Part shown: piece after piece, positions 17,195 to 27,116 of the stretch
Numbering within the stretch: the stretch's first letter is position 1
How the letters are laid out: the number at the start of each line of letters is the position of its first letter
Source of the DNA: Candidatus Beckwithbacteria bacterium
Lineage (GTDB): Bacteria > Patescibacteriota > Microgenomatia > UBA1400 > UBA1449
DNA length: 32,688 nucleotides
Assembly: GCA_012798485.1 (NCBI GenBank)
Contig: JAAZND010000027.1
Coordinates: 1-32,688, forward strand
Direction: 5' to 3'
Made by a program: the position numbers and the translations under genes
Notes under the pieces: model-generated
Told to the model about the DNA's origin: nothing
What the model saw: the letters and a program-made list of their open reading frames with translations, nothing else
Databases searched by the model: none

Positions 17195-18595
17195 CTAACC
17201 ATAAATTTTCTGTCTTAAGCTTGAGATTTCCTCTCTAATATTTTCTGATTTATTGGCCAATTTATCAATTTTTTCCACAGCATGCATCACGGTTGTGTGA
17301 TCTCTTCCTCCAAACATCATACCAATTTCTGTATATGGCATATTAAGATCGTGTTTTAATAAATACATCGCAAACTGCCTTGGAACCACAATTGGCTTAC
17401 TTCTTTTGGGACCATAAAGAGCGTTAATTGATAAATCAAAATATTTTGACACCCCACTCACTATTTCTTTGGGATTAATATAAACCCTGGGTTTTAAGTT
17501 TTTTTCAGCTGGAATTTCTTGATTGAGTTTTTGCAAAACTATATTTTTTAATGTTTCTGTGGGCTTTATTTCTTGGATAGCGTAAACTTGACTTAAAAAC
17601 CCCTGGAGCTTTCTGGTAGAGGTAATATGTTTGGCAATAATTTGGGCAATATCCATAGGTAAATCTTTTTGCATTTGTTTGGCTTTAATTAATAAAATAG
17701 CTGTTCTTAGTTCAAAATTGGGGGTCTGAATATCGATAGTCAATCCCTCTTCAAATCTTGACCTAAGCCTGTCTTCTAGGAGCTTAATTTCGTGGGGAGG
17801 GCGATCCGAGGTTAGAATTATCTGGCCGCCAGCTGCCCTAATTTCATTAAAGGTGTGGAAAAATTCTTCTTGGACTGTATTTTTGCCGGCAATAAATTGA
17901 ATATCATCAATCAAAAGAATATTAACTTTACGATATTTGTTTCGAAACTTGGGTGTGTTTTTTCCTCTGATAGCCTCAATAATTTCATTGGTAAAGGTTT
18001 CACTCATACAATACTTTAGTTTGGTTTCTGGTTCGTTTTGTAAAATACGAATAGCCACCGCCTGCATAAGGTGAGTTTTTCCCACCCCAACATCCCCATA
18101 TAAAAATAAAGGATTGTAGGCTTTCCCTGGATTTTTGGCTACTGCAATGGCTGCAGCATAAGCCACTTCATTGGTTGGAGAAACAGCAAAATTTTCAAAA
18201 GTATAATCCTTGTTTAGCCCCCCCCTACTAATATTGTTTTTCAAAATATTATCTTGATTTTGTTGTTTGAGGTAATTTTCTGTTGCCTCACTAAATAAAG
18301 GGGTTTCTTGGCCTAGTGAATTGTTTTTGGGGCTTATTTCCTCTTCAATGATTAAATTAATAACACACTGAGAATTTAAAATTAGGCCCAGTGTTTGATG
18401 AAGACTTTTTAAATATTTCCCCTCCAATGTTTGTTTTATAAAGGCATTGGGGCTGGCGATAGTGACAATTTTATTCTCTCCATTTTCCTCAACTGTTTTG
18501 AGGTGGGTGTTTTTAAAAAACAAATTAACAGGGGTATTTCCCAACTCTAGTTCTAATTGTTTAATGGTTTTTTGCCAGACATCATTGTAGTCCAT
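17195..18595 (-). CDS. dnaA: Chromosomal replication initiator DnaA
   Basis: YNPLFLYGDVGVGKTHL, LLIDDIQF, QEEFFHTFN, RLRSRF, GGRDHTTVMHA. Confidence 0.98.
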   Translation of the reverse strand: MDYNDVWQKTIKQLELELGNTPVNLFFKNTHLKTVEENGENKIVTIASPNAFIKQTLEGKYLKSLHQTLGLILNSQCVINLIIEEEISPKNNSLGQETPLFSEATENYLKQQNQDNILKNNISRGGLNKDYTFENFAVSPTNEVAYAAAIAVAKNPGKAYNPLFLYGDVGVGKTHLMQAVAIRILQNEPETKLKYCMSETFTNEIIEAIRGKNTPKFRNKYRKVNILLIDDIQFIAGKNTVQEEFFHTFNEIRAAGGQIILTSDRPPHEIKLLEDRLRSRFEEGLTIDIQTPNFELRTAILLIKAKQMQKDLPMDIAQIIAKHITSTRKLQGFLSQVYAIQEIKPTETLKNIVLQKLNQEIPAEKNLKPRVYINPKEIVSGVSKYFDLSINALYGPKRSKPIVVPRQFAMYLLKHDLNMPYTEIGMMFGGRDHTTVMHAVEKIDKLANKSENIREEISSLRQKIYG

Positions 18596-18604
18596 AATGG
18601 CTTG

Positions 18605-18648
18605 AACATACCAAAGTTATCCACACAAAGTCAAGAGGAGTTTCCACA
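18605..18648 (-). promoter_or_regulatory. dnaA promoter with embedded DnaA boxes
   Basis: Minus strand TTGACT (18634..18629), 18 nt spacer, TGG-TATGTT (18610..18605). Perfect TTATCCACA (18617-18625) in the spacer and a second box GTTTCCACA at 18640-18648. Confidence 0.7.
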
Positions 18649-18793
18649 AAAAATGTTTTTTATTAGTTTTCATTTTAAAATAAGATGTTATAATAAGTTT
18701 TATAAATAAAATGTTTTTAGTTAGGTCAAAGTACTAAGACGAAAAGTACTTATTTTTTATCGCTTTTTGTTTTTTGTATTTTGTTTTTAAAAA

Positions 18794-18952
18794 GTGCCAA
18801 AAAGAGTTTATCAACCAAAAAAAATTAAACGTATTCGTACTCATGGATTTTTGAAAAGACTTAGTATGGCTTCGGGCTTGGATGTTTTAAAAAGAAGAAG
18901 AGCCAAAGGAAGAGCGAAACTAACGGTTGCCAAAAAATTAAAACAAAAATAA
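18794..18952 (+). CDS. rpmH: 50S ribosomal protein L34
   Basis: Not in the ORF track. GTG start, [52 protein letters not shown]; divergent from dnaA. Confidence 0.95.
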   Translation: MPKRVYQPKKIKRIRTHGFLKRLSMASGLDVLKRRRAKGRAKLTVAKKLKQK

Positions 18953-18959
18953 TTAATTA

Positions 18960-19301
18960 ATGCCCTTTGTTTTTACCAAACTACCAAATGATTTGATTTA
19001 TGTGGTTTTAAAAAGTGGTAAAGCAGTTGATTTCACCAATTTTTATTTTAAGTATATAAGCAATCAAGAAATGGGTCTTAGGTGGCAAGTAGTTTTTTCC
19101 TTAAAAATAGATAAAAGAGCTTGTGTACGCAACAAGAACAAGCGAATTGTGAAAGAGTGCGTTAGAATGGCTCTAGTAAATGCTAGAACCAATAAAAATC
19201 TTGATTTATTGATTGTTATAAAAAAAAGAATTGATCTGCTTGATTTTAAAACAATAAAAACTGAAATAGGGCAAGGGATTAACAAACTTAATTATCTTTA
19301 A
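18960..19301 (+). CDS. rnpA: Ribonuclease P protein component
   Basis: SLKIDKRACVRNKNKR (RNR-like motif); position between rpmH and yidC. Confidence 0.85.
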   Translation: MPFVFTKLPNDLIYVVLKSGKAVDFTNFYFKYISNQEMGLRWQVVFSLKIDKRACVRNKNKRIVKECVRMALVNARTNKNLDLLIVIKKRIDLLDFKTIKTEIGQGINKLNYL

Positions 19302-19399
19302 AATTAGACTTGTATTAAGATAATAGCTGCTCAAAATTATCAAAAAATTAATATTATTTATTATAGTTTGTTAGAATTATTTTTTAATAAACCACAACT

Positions 19400-20182
19400 T
19401 TGAATATTTGGTACCTTTTTCTTTACCAACCCCTTGTTAATATTTTAATTTTTGCTTACTTAGCTCTGGGAAATAACTTGGGGCTTGCTATTATTGCCAT
19501 TACCGTTTTAATTAGAATAGCCTTAGTTCCCTTGACAAAGCCCAGTATGGATTCTGCTGCTAAAATGCAGCAACTTCAACCAGAAATAGCAAAATTAAAA
19601 GAGCAGTATAAGGATGATAAACAAGGACTGGCTCAGGCTCAGATGGATTTGTATAAAAAATACAATATAAATCCTTTTGGTGGGCTTGTACCAGTGATTG
19701 TGCAGTTTGTCATTTTGATTGCTTTATTTCAAGCTTTTAACAATGTTTTAAAAACAGATATTGTTATTAACGAATTAAATGGGGTTTTGTATCCATTTTT
19801 AAAATTAGCTGAAAACATTAAACTTAACACCAATTTTTTGTATTTAGATTTAACTAAACCAGATGTTTTCCCTTTACCGTTTAAAATCGGGCCATTGGCT
19901 GTTTTTCCGGGATTTTTTCTAATTCTGGCTGCTGTTTCACAATATTTTTCTTCCAAACTAATGACACCTGCCTTACCCAAGCAAACAGAAAGAAAATTAA
20001 CAGATCAAGAAGAAATGACCACGAGCATGCAAAAACAAATGACATTGTTAATGCCAATTATGACCCTGATTATTGGTTTAAATTTTGCCTCTGGTTTGGT
20101 TTTGTATTGGGTGACTTTTTCTCTTGTGATGATTGCACAGCAATTAATTAGTAAAAACAAAAAGAAGTTAAAAATTAATTAG
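19400..20182 (+). CDS. yidC: Membrane protein insertase YidC/Oxa1 (short form)
   Basis: GLAIIAITVLIRIALVPL, MQQLQPEI..LKEQYK, LYKKYNINP, SGLVLYW, QQ; TTG start. Confidence 0.93.
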   Translation: MNIWYLFLYQPLVNILIFAYLALGNNLGLAIIAITVLIRIALVPLTKPSMDSAAKMQQLQPEIAKLKEQYKDDKQGLAQAQMDLYKKYNINPFGGLVPVIVQFVILIALFQAFNNVLKTDIVINELNGVLYPFLKLAENIKLNTNFLYLDLTKPDVFPLPFKIGPLAVFPGFFLILAAVSQYFSSKLMTPALPKQTERKLTDQEEMTTSMQKQMTLLMPIMTLIIGLNFASGLVLYWVTFSLVMIAQQLISKNKKKLKIN

Positions 20183-20210
20183 CTTAAATTCTGAAGCTTA
20201 GAATTTAAGC
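20182..20210. repeat. Inverted repeat between yidC and jag
   Basis: GCTTAAATTCT-GAAGCTT-AGAATTTAAGC, with no U tract on the + strand. Confidence 0.6.
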
Positions 20211-20221
20211 ATTAAAACAAT

Positions 20222-20674
20222 ATGGCAACAGAAATTGTAGAAAGTTTGCAAAAAATCTGCAAAGACTTATTGGAAAAATTAGAAATAAAAGGAAAAATAA
20301 CAATTGAACAAGGTGATGAACGCTATTTGGTTAACTTTGAAGCTGAGGAAACAGGAATGCTGATTGGTTATCATGGAGAAAATATTGAAGCTATTCAAGT
20401 GGTTTTAACCCAGATGATTTATCATCAAACCAAGCAATGGATCCGTATTGATGTTAACGTGGGTGATTACTGGCAGAAAAGAGAAGAAAAATTAAAAGCC
20501 ATGGCTGATCGAGCAGTAGAAGAGGTTTTGTTTTCCAATAAAAGTTGTACTATGCCAGAGATGACAAGCAAGGAAAGAAGAATTGTGCATCTTTATCTTA
20601 AGGAAAAAGTCGAAGTTAAGACCGAGTCTGTGGGTGAGGGTGAGGCAAGAAGATTGGTGATTTTCCCTCAGTAA
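20222..20674 (+). CDS. jag: Jag/KhpB RNA-binding protein (KH + R3H, no Jag_N domain)
   Basis: GMLIGYHGENIEAIQ (KH), MTSKERRIVH (R3H), TESVGEG..RRLVI. Confidence 0.9.
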   Translation: MATEIVESLQKICKDLLEKLEIKGKITIEQGDERYLVNFEAEETGMLIGYHGENIEAIQVVLTQMIYHQTKQWIRIDVNVGDYWQKREEKLKAMADRAVEEVLFSNKSCTMPEMTSKERRIVHLYLKEKVEVKTESVGEGEARRLVIFPQ

Positions 20675-20704
20675 TTTCTTTTGTCTGCAAAATGGGTTAA
20701 AATG

Positions 20705-20736
20705 AAAGAGTGTTTTTTTACAAACACTCTTTTTTT
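20705..20736 (+). terminator. Intrinsic terminator-like hairpin after jag
   Basis: AAAGAGTGTTT-TTTAC-AAACACTC followed by a T run directly before the flippase ATG. Confidence 0.6.
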
Positions 20737-21984
20737 ATGAAAATCAATTTAACAGATTTTAAAACTAGAATATTTATCAATACTTCCTCTCAATTACTAT
20801 CCAGAGGTTTTATTATCCTCACCAGTCTTTTAACTACTCTACTACTTAGGCGTTATCTTGGACAAAGCGGCTATGGTTTGTATGTTTACATTTTAAATTT
20901 TGTGATGCTTTTGGTAGCCTTTACTGATATGGGATTACACTTAACCACAGTTAGAGAAGTGGCTGTTAAAGAGGAAAAAGAAAAAACTTTAGGAACAGCT
21001 GTGTTTGTTAGTGTTTTACTGCTTTTTTTAGTTTTAGTTTTTTTATTATTATTTTTTCAACTTGATTTATTGCCAACCAACATCAAGTCTTCTTTGTTAA
21101 TTTTAGTTTTTTTATTTAGCTTTTTGGCCCTGAAGGAGATTTTTGTTACTGTTTTACATTCTCTGGAGAAATTATATTTAAGTAGTTTTTTAAGTCTTAT
21201 TTTTGGAGTGATTCAATTACTAACTATAGCTTTAGTTATTTTAAGCAAAAAAGGAATATGGGAAGTTTTTCTTTACAATCTTATTGGTTTTGCTTTGGTT
21301 TTAATTATCAATTTTCTTTTAATGTTTCGAAAAAAATTATTTGTTTTTAATTTTAATTTAAAACAAGCTAAAGGTTTATTTTTTAAAGCCGTGCCCTTAG
21401 GTGGAATGCTGGTTTTATTTACCATTTATTCAAAAATAGATACTTTGCTTATTGAGCATTTTTATTCTGTGGCAGAAGTTGGGGTTTATGGGTTGTGCTA
21501 CAAAATTTACGATAATCTGGTTTTACCAGCAGCTTTTTTAATGAATGCTTTTTTACCAGAATTTAGTAAGCTGGTTAACAAAGACAGAATCGCCTTACTG
21601 AAAATTAGTAAGGTTAGCGCTTTTATTTTACTTGCTACATCTATTGTTTTGTTTGTTATCGTTTATTTGTTGTCTCCTTTTATTTTTAAGATTTTAACAG
21701 GCGAGAGTGGGGGACCAGAAGTTTTGATTTTAAGAGTTTTAGCCATTTCTTTATTTTTTGCCTATCTTAATCATTTAACCGGCTATTTAATTATAGCCTT
21801 GGGAAAACAGATTGTTTCTCTAAAAATTTCTATATTAGCATTACTTTTCAACTTTGTTTTCAACTGGTTTTTTCTCCCGGTTTACGGGATTGTGGCAAGC
21901 GCGGCGATTACTGCTTTGACGGAATTTTTGGTTTTGTTTTTTTCATTTCTTGCCATCAGAAAAAGTTTTATAAAAGTTGATTAA
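20737..21984 (+). CDS. Polysaccharide flippase (Wzx/MOP superfamily)
   Basis: RRYLGQSGYGLY, TDMGL, YSKIDTLLI...EVGVY, LPVYGIVASA and many TMs. ATG 20737 is preferred over GTG 20710. Confidence 0.88.
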   Translation: MKINLTDFKTRIFINTSSQLLSRGFIILTSLLTTLLLRRYLGQSGYGLYVYILNFVMLLVAFTDMGLHLTTVREVAVKEEKEKTLGTAVFVSVLLLFLVLVFLLLFFQLDLLPTNIKSSLLILVFLFSFLALKEIFVTVLHSLEKLYLSSFLSLIFGVIQLLTIALVILSKKGIWEVFLYNLIGFALVLIINFLLMFRKKLFVFNFNLKQAKGLFFKAVPLGGMLVLFTIYSKIDTLLIEHFYSVAEVGVYGLCYKIYDNLVLPAAFLMNAFLPEFSKLVNKDRIALLKISKVSAFILLATSIVLFVIVYLLSPFIFKILTGESGGPEVLILRVLAISLFFAYLNHLTGYLIIALGKQIVSLKISILALLFNFVFNWFFLPVYGIVASAAITALTEFLVLFFSFLAIRKSFIKVD

Positions 21985-21999
21985 CAACTTGAGGGTTTT

Positions 22000-23199
22000 A
22001 TGGATAAGCTTCAAATTCTTAAAAAGCTACAAATTCTAAGTTTTTATCTTGTGCTTATTTTGCTACCTACCCAACTAGGAAAACACTATTGGCTCTCTGA
22101 GTCTTTGGTTAGGGGATTTAGAGTTGATTATGTGACTATTTGTTTTTATCTGACTGATTTTTTAATCTTGATTTTTGTAAGCCTGGAATTTTTACTTAAT
22201 AAAAAGATTAAGAAGCAATTTTTTTACCTTCCTTTAATTATTTTAACCTGGAATTTTATACAGCTGTTTTGGACGCCGTTGAAGATTTTTCAAGTCTTCT
22301 TTAGTGTAAAAGTTTTTATATTTTTAATTTTTGCCTTAATTGTTGCCAGAAAAAAATTTAATTTTTCTGTTATCTCTAAGATTTTTAGCTTTCAACTTCT
22401 GTTTCTATTTTTATTAAGTTTAGCGCAGTTTTTACTAACTCATTCTGTGGATGGTATTTTTTATTTTCTGGGAGAAAGACGTTTTAATCTTTTAACACCC
22501 GGAATTGCCCAAGAAAATTTGGGTGGCAGACTTTGGCTTAGGCCTTATGCCACTTTTTCTCACCCTAATGTTTTGGCTGGATATGTAGTTTTAGTTTTAA
22601 CTTTTCTTCTGTTAAATTTAAAAAAGGTCAATTTAAAACTAGTTTTAATTTCCTTGTTAGCTGGAATATTAACGCTTATGTTAACCTTTTCAGTAGCTGG
22701 TATGGCGGTTTTTTTAATTGCCGGGATATTATTGCTATTACTAAAATTTAAAGAAGGCTTTCTTTTGCAAAATAGTAAAAAAATGCTCTTACTGAGTTTG
22801 GTTTTCAGTTTTTTGGCTCCAATCTTACTTTTGTTATTTTCAGACAACAATGAAGCAGTGTGGTTGAGAAATTTAATTTTTTTAAACAATTTACAAAACT
22901 TACCACAAAATTTTTTGCTTGGAGTTGGCTGGTTTGGTAATTTAGTTTTGAAAAATCCCAATCTTTCTGTTAAATCGGTCCAACCAATTCACAATTTTTT
23001 TTGGCAGCTGCTTTTTTCTGTAGCAATTTTGCCGTTAGCCTTACTTATGGTTAAATATGGTAGGAGGTTTATAAATAATTTAACTAAGCAGCAAGTGATT
23101 CTATTAATTTTAATTTGCTTACTTGGGGCTTTTGATCACTACTTATTAAGTTCTCAACAAGGTATACTCCTTATGCTAGTTTTACTCTGCTTAAAATAG
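22000..23199 (+). CDS. O-antigen ligase/polymerase family membrane protein
   Basis: Multi-TM protein with RPYATFSHPNVLAGY, LTFS, LLGVG.FGN, PIHN. Confidence 0.8.
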   Translation: MDKLQILKKLQILSFYLVLILLPTQLGKHYWLSESLVRGFRVDYVTICFYLTDFLILIFVSLEFLLNKKIKKQFFYLPLIILTWNFIQLFWTPLKIFQVFFSVKVFIFLIFALIVARKKFNFSVISKIFSFQLLFLFLLSLAQFLLTHSVDGIFYFLGERRFNLLTPGIAQENLGGRLWLRPYATFSHPNVLAGYVVLVLTFLLLNLKKVNLKLVLISLLAGILTLMLTFSVAGMAVFLIAGILLLLLKFKEGFLLQNSKKMLLLSLVFSFLAPILLLLFSDNNEAVWLRNLIFLNNLQNLPQNFLLGVGWFGNLVLKNPNLSVKSVQPIHNFFWQLLFSVAILPLALLMVKYGRRFINNLTKQQVILLILICLLGAFDHYLLSSQQGILLMLVLLCLK

Positions 23200-23220
23200 T
23201 TTTTCCTGTATAATCTGCTT

Positions 23221-23655
23221 ATGTCTATTTTCAAACAAATTATTATTAATACTGACGGTGGCGCCAGAGGAAATCCTGGACCAGCCGCTATTGGTATTGT
23301 TTTCACAAATGAAAATAATATTTTGCATGAATATGGAGAATATATTGGAGAAAGTACGAATAATATGGCAGAATATTTAGCTTTGAAAAAAGCTTTGGAA
23401 ATTTTTTTACAAAAAGAATTTAAGACAATTGAACTGGTATTTTTGTTGGATTCAGAACTCGTAGTCAGACAGCTGAACGGCCAGTACAAAGTTAAAAACG
23501 TGGAATTAAAAGTGATTTTTAACCAAATTGTAAATTTATTACAAAAAATTAAACAAGCTGGTGTGCAAACAATTGTCATTAAACACATTTTGAGAAATTT
23601 AAATAAAAGAGCTGATCAATTGGTTAATCAAGCTATTGATGATCAGTTAAATTAA
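23221..23655 (+). CDS. Ribonuclease HI family protein
   Basis: TDGGARGNPGPAAIG, TNNMAEY, DSELVVRQLNGQYKVK, NKRADQLVN. Confidence 0.92.
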   Translation: MSIFKQIIINTDGGARGNPGPAAIGIVFTNENNILHEYGEYIGESTNNMAEYLALKKALEIFLQKEFKTIELVFLLDSELVVRQLNGQYKVKNVELKVIFNQIVNLLQKIKQAGVQTIVIKHILRNLNKRADQLVNQAIDDQLN

Positions 23656-23729
23656 GATTTATCTCTTCATGTTTCTATTTGCCAGACAAAAGCACAAAAT
23701 TTTATTGGGTAGGCTTTATAATTTCTTTC

Positions 23730-23759
23730 TTGATATTTACTCTTCGAATACGCTATGAT
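23730..23759 (+). promoter_or_regulatory. Putative sigma70 promoter for the SDR-DUF4012 gene
   Basis: TTGATA, 18 nt spacer, TATGAT. Confidence 0.5.
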
Positions 23760-23870
23760 GTTGGTAGATTCAAAATTAAAAATAGCGCTCGAATTATATC
23801 CGCATAATTTAAGCAATGATTTTATAGATTAAATTTAACAAAATACTTATTTTTTAATAAACGCTGCCCA

Positions 23871-26800
23871 ATGTCTCAATCTTTAGAAAAATACCAGAAC
23901 AAAGATAAAGATTTAATTACTATTTTAGTAGGTGGTGGAGCTGGTTTTGTCGGTTCTCATCTTTGCCAAATGCTTTTGGAGCAAAACTGTTATGTTTATT
24001 GTGTTGATAACTTTTTAAGTGCTAAAGAAAAAAATATTAAAACTTGTTTAGCTAACCCTCGTTTTAAACTGATTAAGCATGATCTTTCCGAAAAGAATAG
24101 TTTAAGGATTGACAGACCCTTGGATTACGTTTTTCATCTTGCTGGTATAGAGCCATATATCAATGGACTCAATTTAGACTTACCCACCTTGATGGTTAAT
24201 TCTTTTGGTACAAGAACTTTATTAAATCTGGCTCACAAACACCAAGCCAAATTTTTGTTGGGTTCTTCTGAAGATATTTTTCATGAATTTCATCCTGGAC
24301 CTAAATTTACTGATTATTTTCAAAATAGAATCAATGAGGGAGAAACAATTTTTGCTCAGGCTAAAAAATTTGCTGAAGAACTAGTGGTTGAGTTTGCCAA
24401 AGAAAAAAATCTGGATGCCAGAATTGTCAGAATGGGTTTTGTCTATGGGCCAAGACTAAATATTCAAAGCGGTAATCTGATGGTTAAAATGATGGCCCAA
24501 GCTGTATTTGAAAATAGAGTTTTTCTGCCTAATGATGGAATGTCGATTATTTATCCGACTTTTATCAGTGATGTGGTTTTTGGCATGATCAAAGCCATGT
24601 TTTCCCAAAGTAGTAAAGGTAGAATTTATGGCTTGATTAATCCGGAACCCAAGACTTTGTTGCAAATTGCTTATACTCTTAAGGATTTATTACAAGTAGA
24701 TTTAAAGTTTAATTTTTATCAAGATCCAGCCATTTCCAAGGATTTAAAACTTAAACAGGAGATTTTGCAAAGTCAAGAAGCCTTGGGCTGGTATGCTCGG
24801 GTAGATCTTGAAAAAGGATTACAAAAAACAATTGAGTGGTTAAAAACTCAGACAGATATTAAAAATTATTTAACCCAGCATCAAGATAAACGCCTAAGTT
24901 CAGTCAAAGTCGCACAAATAACAAGACCAATTGTGAGCATTGTTGAGGAAAAGAAAGAAAAACCACAAGTAATTTTAAATCAGAATAGAATTGTTAATAA
25001 AACCATTTTAGAGCCCCAAAGACTGGTAGAGCAGAGCAGTAATCTCAATCCACCCAATTTTTCTATAGCGACTCATTATCAGACAGAACCAGTCAAAGTT
25101 AATTTACCCAATCCTGTTAATAGTTTTAATAACTTAAAAAAAGAAATACTACCGTCTCATTTTTCTTCGCTTACTATTCAGCCAGCAGTCATTAATTTCC
25201 CTTTCTGGCATAAACTTAAAGAGTTATTTACACCCAAAATTAAATCCAATTTTAAAAACCAAGAACAGCCCAAAAACAAGGTTAAAATATTTAAGTTTTT
25301 TATAGCTTCCTGCTTATTTTTTCTGGTTTTAGTTTTATTTTTTTCTCCACTGCTTATTTTTAGATTATCAACGTCTTTTAGTTTATCCAGTTTAGCTGAA
25401 GCTGAAAAATACTACGAACAACATGAATTTGCAGTTATGCAAAAAAAGATTGAAAAAACAAGTCAAATATGGAAAAAAACTAATAATCTATACGCCTTAG
25501 CTTCGTGGCAAAATAATTTGTTGAATTTAAATTTTAGTGATGAAGTACTGTTTTACCAAAACCACATGGACGAAATAGCTTTGATTTTTACTAAACTGAA
25601 TGAAGTTAATAATAACTTGGAACAATTACATAATATTATTTTTGGCAAAGAATTGGGGGACAGTAAACAATTTTTAGAAAATATTAACCTAGAGCTGAAT
25701 ACTATTATGCAGACCAGCTCCATTCTTAAGGCCGAAAATGGTTCAAGAGTCGAAAACCTTAGTCTGTTTCAAAAAATTGAAGAGATGAGGAGCAAAACAG
25801 AACAGGGTTTGATTTTTGCTCAAATTGTTCCAGATATTTTTGCCTTTAATGATAAGAAAAAAATCATGTTTTTAATCCAAGATAGTCAGGAATTGAGACC
25901 AACTGGAGGATTTATTGATAGCGTGGGAATCGCAACAATTGAAAAAGGTAAAATTTTAGATTTTGAGGTGAAGAATGTCTATCAGCTTGATGCTTTACTA
26001 AAAGGGAAAGTTGAGCCTCCTGAGGAATTAGTAAAGTATTTAAAAGAGAAAAACTGGTATTTGCGTGATAGTAATTTTGATCCAGATTTTAGTCAATCAG
26101 CTTATCAAGCTTTATGGTTTTTGGATAAAGAAATGGGCATTACTGCCGACGGAGTAGTAGCAGTTAACCTGGATTTTTTCAAAAAAATATTGAGTCAAAC
26201 TGATGGTGTCTTTTTACCTGAGTTTAACGAAACCATTACGGCTGATAATTTTTTAAGTAGAGTCAATCAATATGCTGAATTAAATCTTTTTGATGGTCAA
26301 AATAACAACCAGAAAAGTTTTTTACAAACCTTTAGTGAGCATTTTTTTGAGAAGTTAAAAGTGTTTCCTACAAATCAGAGACAAAATTTAGTTTTACAAA
26401 CAGTGAAAGCTTTTGAAGAAAAAGATTTATTAATGCTGTTGCCGGATACCAATAGTGCAGCAGTTTTGGCAGCTCAAGGCTGGGATGGGACTTTACGTGA
26501 AACTCCAAATGAGCTTTTGGAGTTTGGCAAAGTGAATGTGGCTGATTATCTGATGATAGTTGATACTAATGTGGGGATTAATAAGGCAAATTATTTGGTT
26601 CAGAGAAACTTGAAACACAATATTATTATTGATGAAGGCGGTAATGTAAAAGTGGAAGCTGCTGTTAATCTGCAAAATCTAGCTTCCTCTCAAGTTTGGC
26701 CAAACGGAACTTATAAAAATTACTTACGTTTTTATTTGCCTAGTCAGGCTAAATTTAACACTTTGACTTTAGATGATAAGAAAATTTTTTCCTCCAAAAT

Positions 26801-27116
26801 AGAACTGGAGAAAATTGGCACTAAACAAGTGGTGGGAACTTTAGTAGAGATTAAACCTCAAGAAAATACTACTATAAAATTGACCTACATGCTTAGTGGT
26901 AAAATTTCCTTGAATAATCAATCTAATTACGTTTTTTATCTACAGAAACAGCCAGGGATAGGTGCCCCTAATGTGACAGTGAAAATCAATTATCCACAAG
27001 CTTTAAAAGTGGCTAAGCTTTCATCAGAAGCAACGATGCAAAATAATAGTTTGCAGTTTTTGGCTACTCTTAATAAAGATCGAGTCTTTGCAGTTTCCTT
27101 TTCTCCTAAAAACTGA
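23871..27116 (+). CDS. Fusion of NAD-dependent epimerase/dehydratase-like domain, TM helix and DUF4012-like extracellular domain
   Basis: N-terminal GGAGFVGSHL, VFHLA, VYGPR. Single TM at ~aa 475-497. C-terminal Q...ELRPTGGFI, WYLRDSNFDPDF, DGVVAV, NKAN, YKNYLRFYLP, QKQPG. Confidence 0.82.
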   Translation: MSQSLEKYQNKDKDLITILVGGGAGFVGSHLCQMLLEQNCYVYCVDNFLSAKEKNIKTCLANPRFKLIKHDLSEKNSLRIDRPLDYVFHLAGIEPYINGLNLDLPTLMVNSFGTRTLLNLAHKHQAKFLLGSSEDIFHEFHPGPKFTDYFQNRINEGETIFAQAKKFAEELVVEFAKEKNLDARIVRMGFVYGPRLNIQSGNLMVKMMAQAVFENRVFLPNDGMSIIYPTFISDVVFGMIKAMFSQSSKGRIYGLINPEPKTLLQIAYTLKDLLQVDLKFNFYQDPAISKDLKLKQEILQSQEALGWYARVDLEKGLQKTIEWLKTQTDIKNYLTQHQDKRLSSVKVAQITRPIVSIVEEKKEKPQVILNQNRIVNKTILEPQRLVEQSSNLNPPNFSIATHYQTEPVKVNLPNPVNSFNNLKKEILPSHFSSLTIQPAVINFPFWHKLKELFTPKIKSNFKNQEQPKNKVKIFKFFIASCLFFLVLVLFFSPLLIFRLSTSFSLSSLAEAEKYYEQHEFAVMQKKIEKTSQIWKKTNNLYALASWQNNLLNLNFSDEVLFYQNHMDEIALIFTKLNEVNNNLEQLHNIIFGKELGDSKQFLENINLELNTIMQTSSILKAENGSRVENLSLFQKIEEMRSKTEQGLIFAQIVPDIFAFNDKKKIMFLIQDSQELRPTGGFIDSVGIATIEKGKILDFEVKNVYQLDALLKGKVEPPEELVKYLKEKNWYLRDSNFDPDFSQSAYQALWFLDKEMGITADGVVAVNLDFFKKILSQTDGVFLPEFNETITADNFLSRVNQYAELNLFDGQNNNQKSFLQTFSEHFFEKLKVFPTNQRQNLVLQTVKAFEEKDLLMLLPDTNSAAVLAAQGWDGTLRETPNELLEFGKVNVADYLMIVDTNVGINKANYLVQRNLKHNIIIDEGGNVKVEAAVNLQNLASSQVWPNGTYKNYLRFYLPSQAKFNTLTLDDKKIFSSKIELEKIGTKQVVGTLVEIKPQENTTIKLTYMLSGKISLNNQSNYVFYLQKQPGIGAPNVTVKINYPQALKVAKLSSEATMQNNSLQFLATLNKDRVFAVSFSPKN

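Noticed and set aside
18729-18751. AAGTACT...AGTACTT palindromic pair upstream of rpmH
   Set aside because: Short and AT-rich, with no supportable function.
19302-19403. Possible yidD remnant between rnpA and yidC
   Set aside because: Only a short open stretch without a start codon or the YidD Cys motifs; yidD simply appears absent here.
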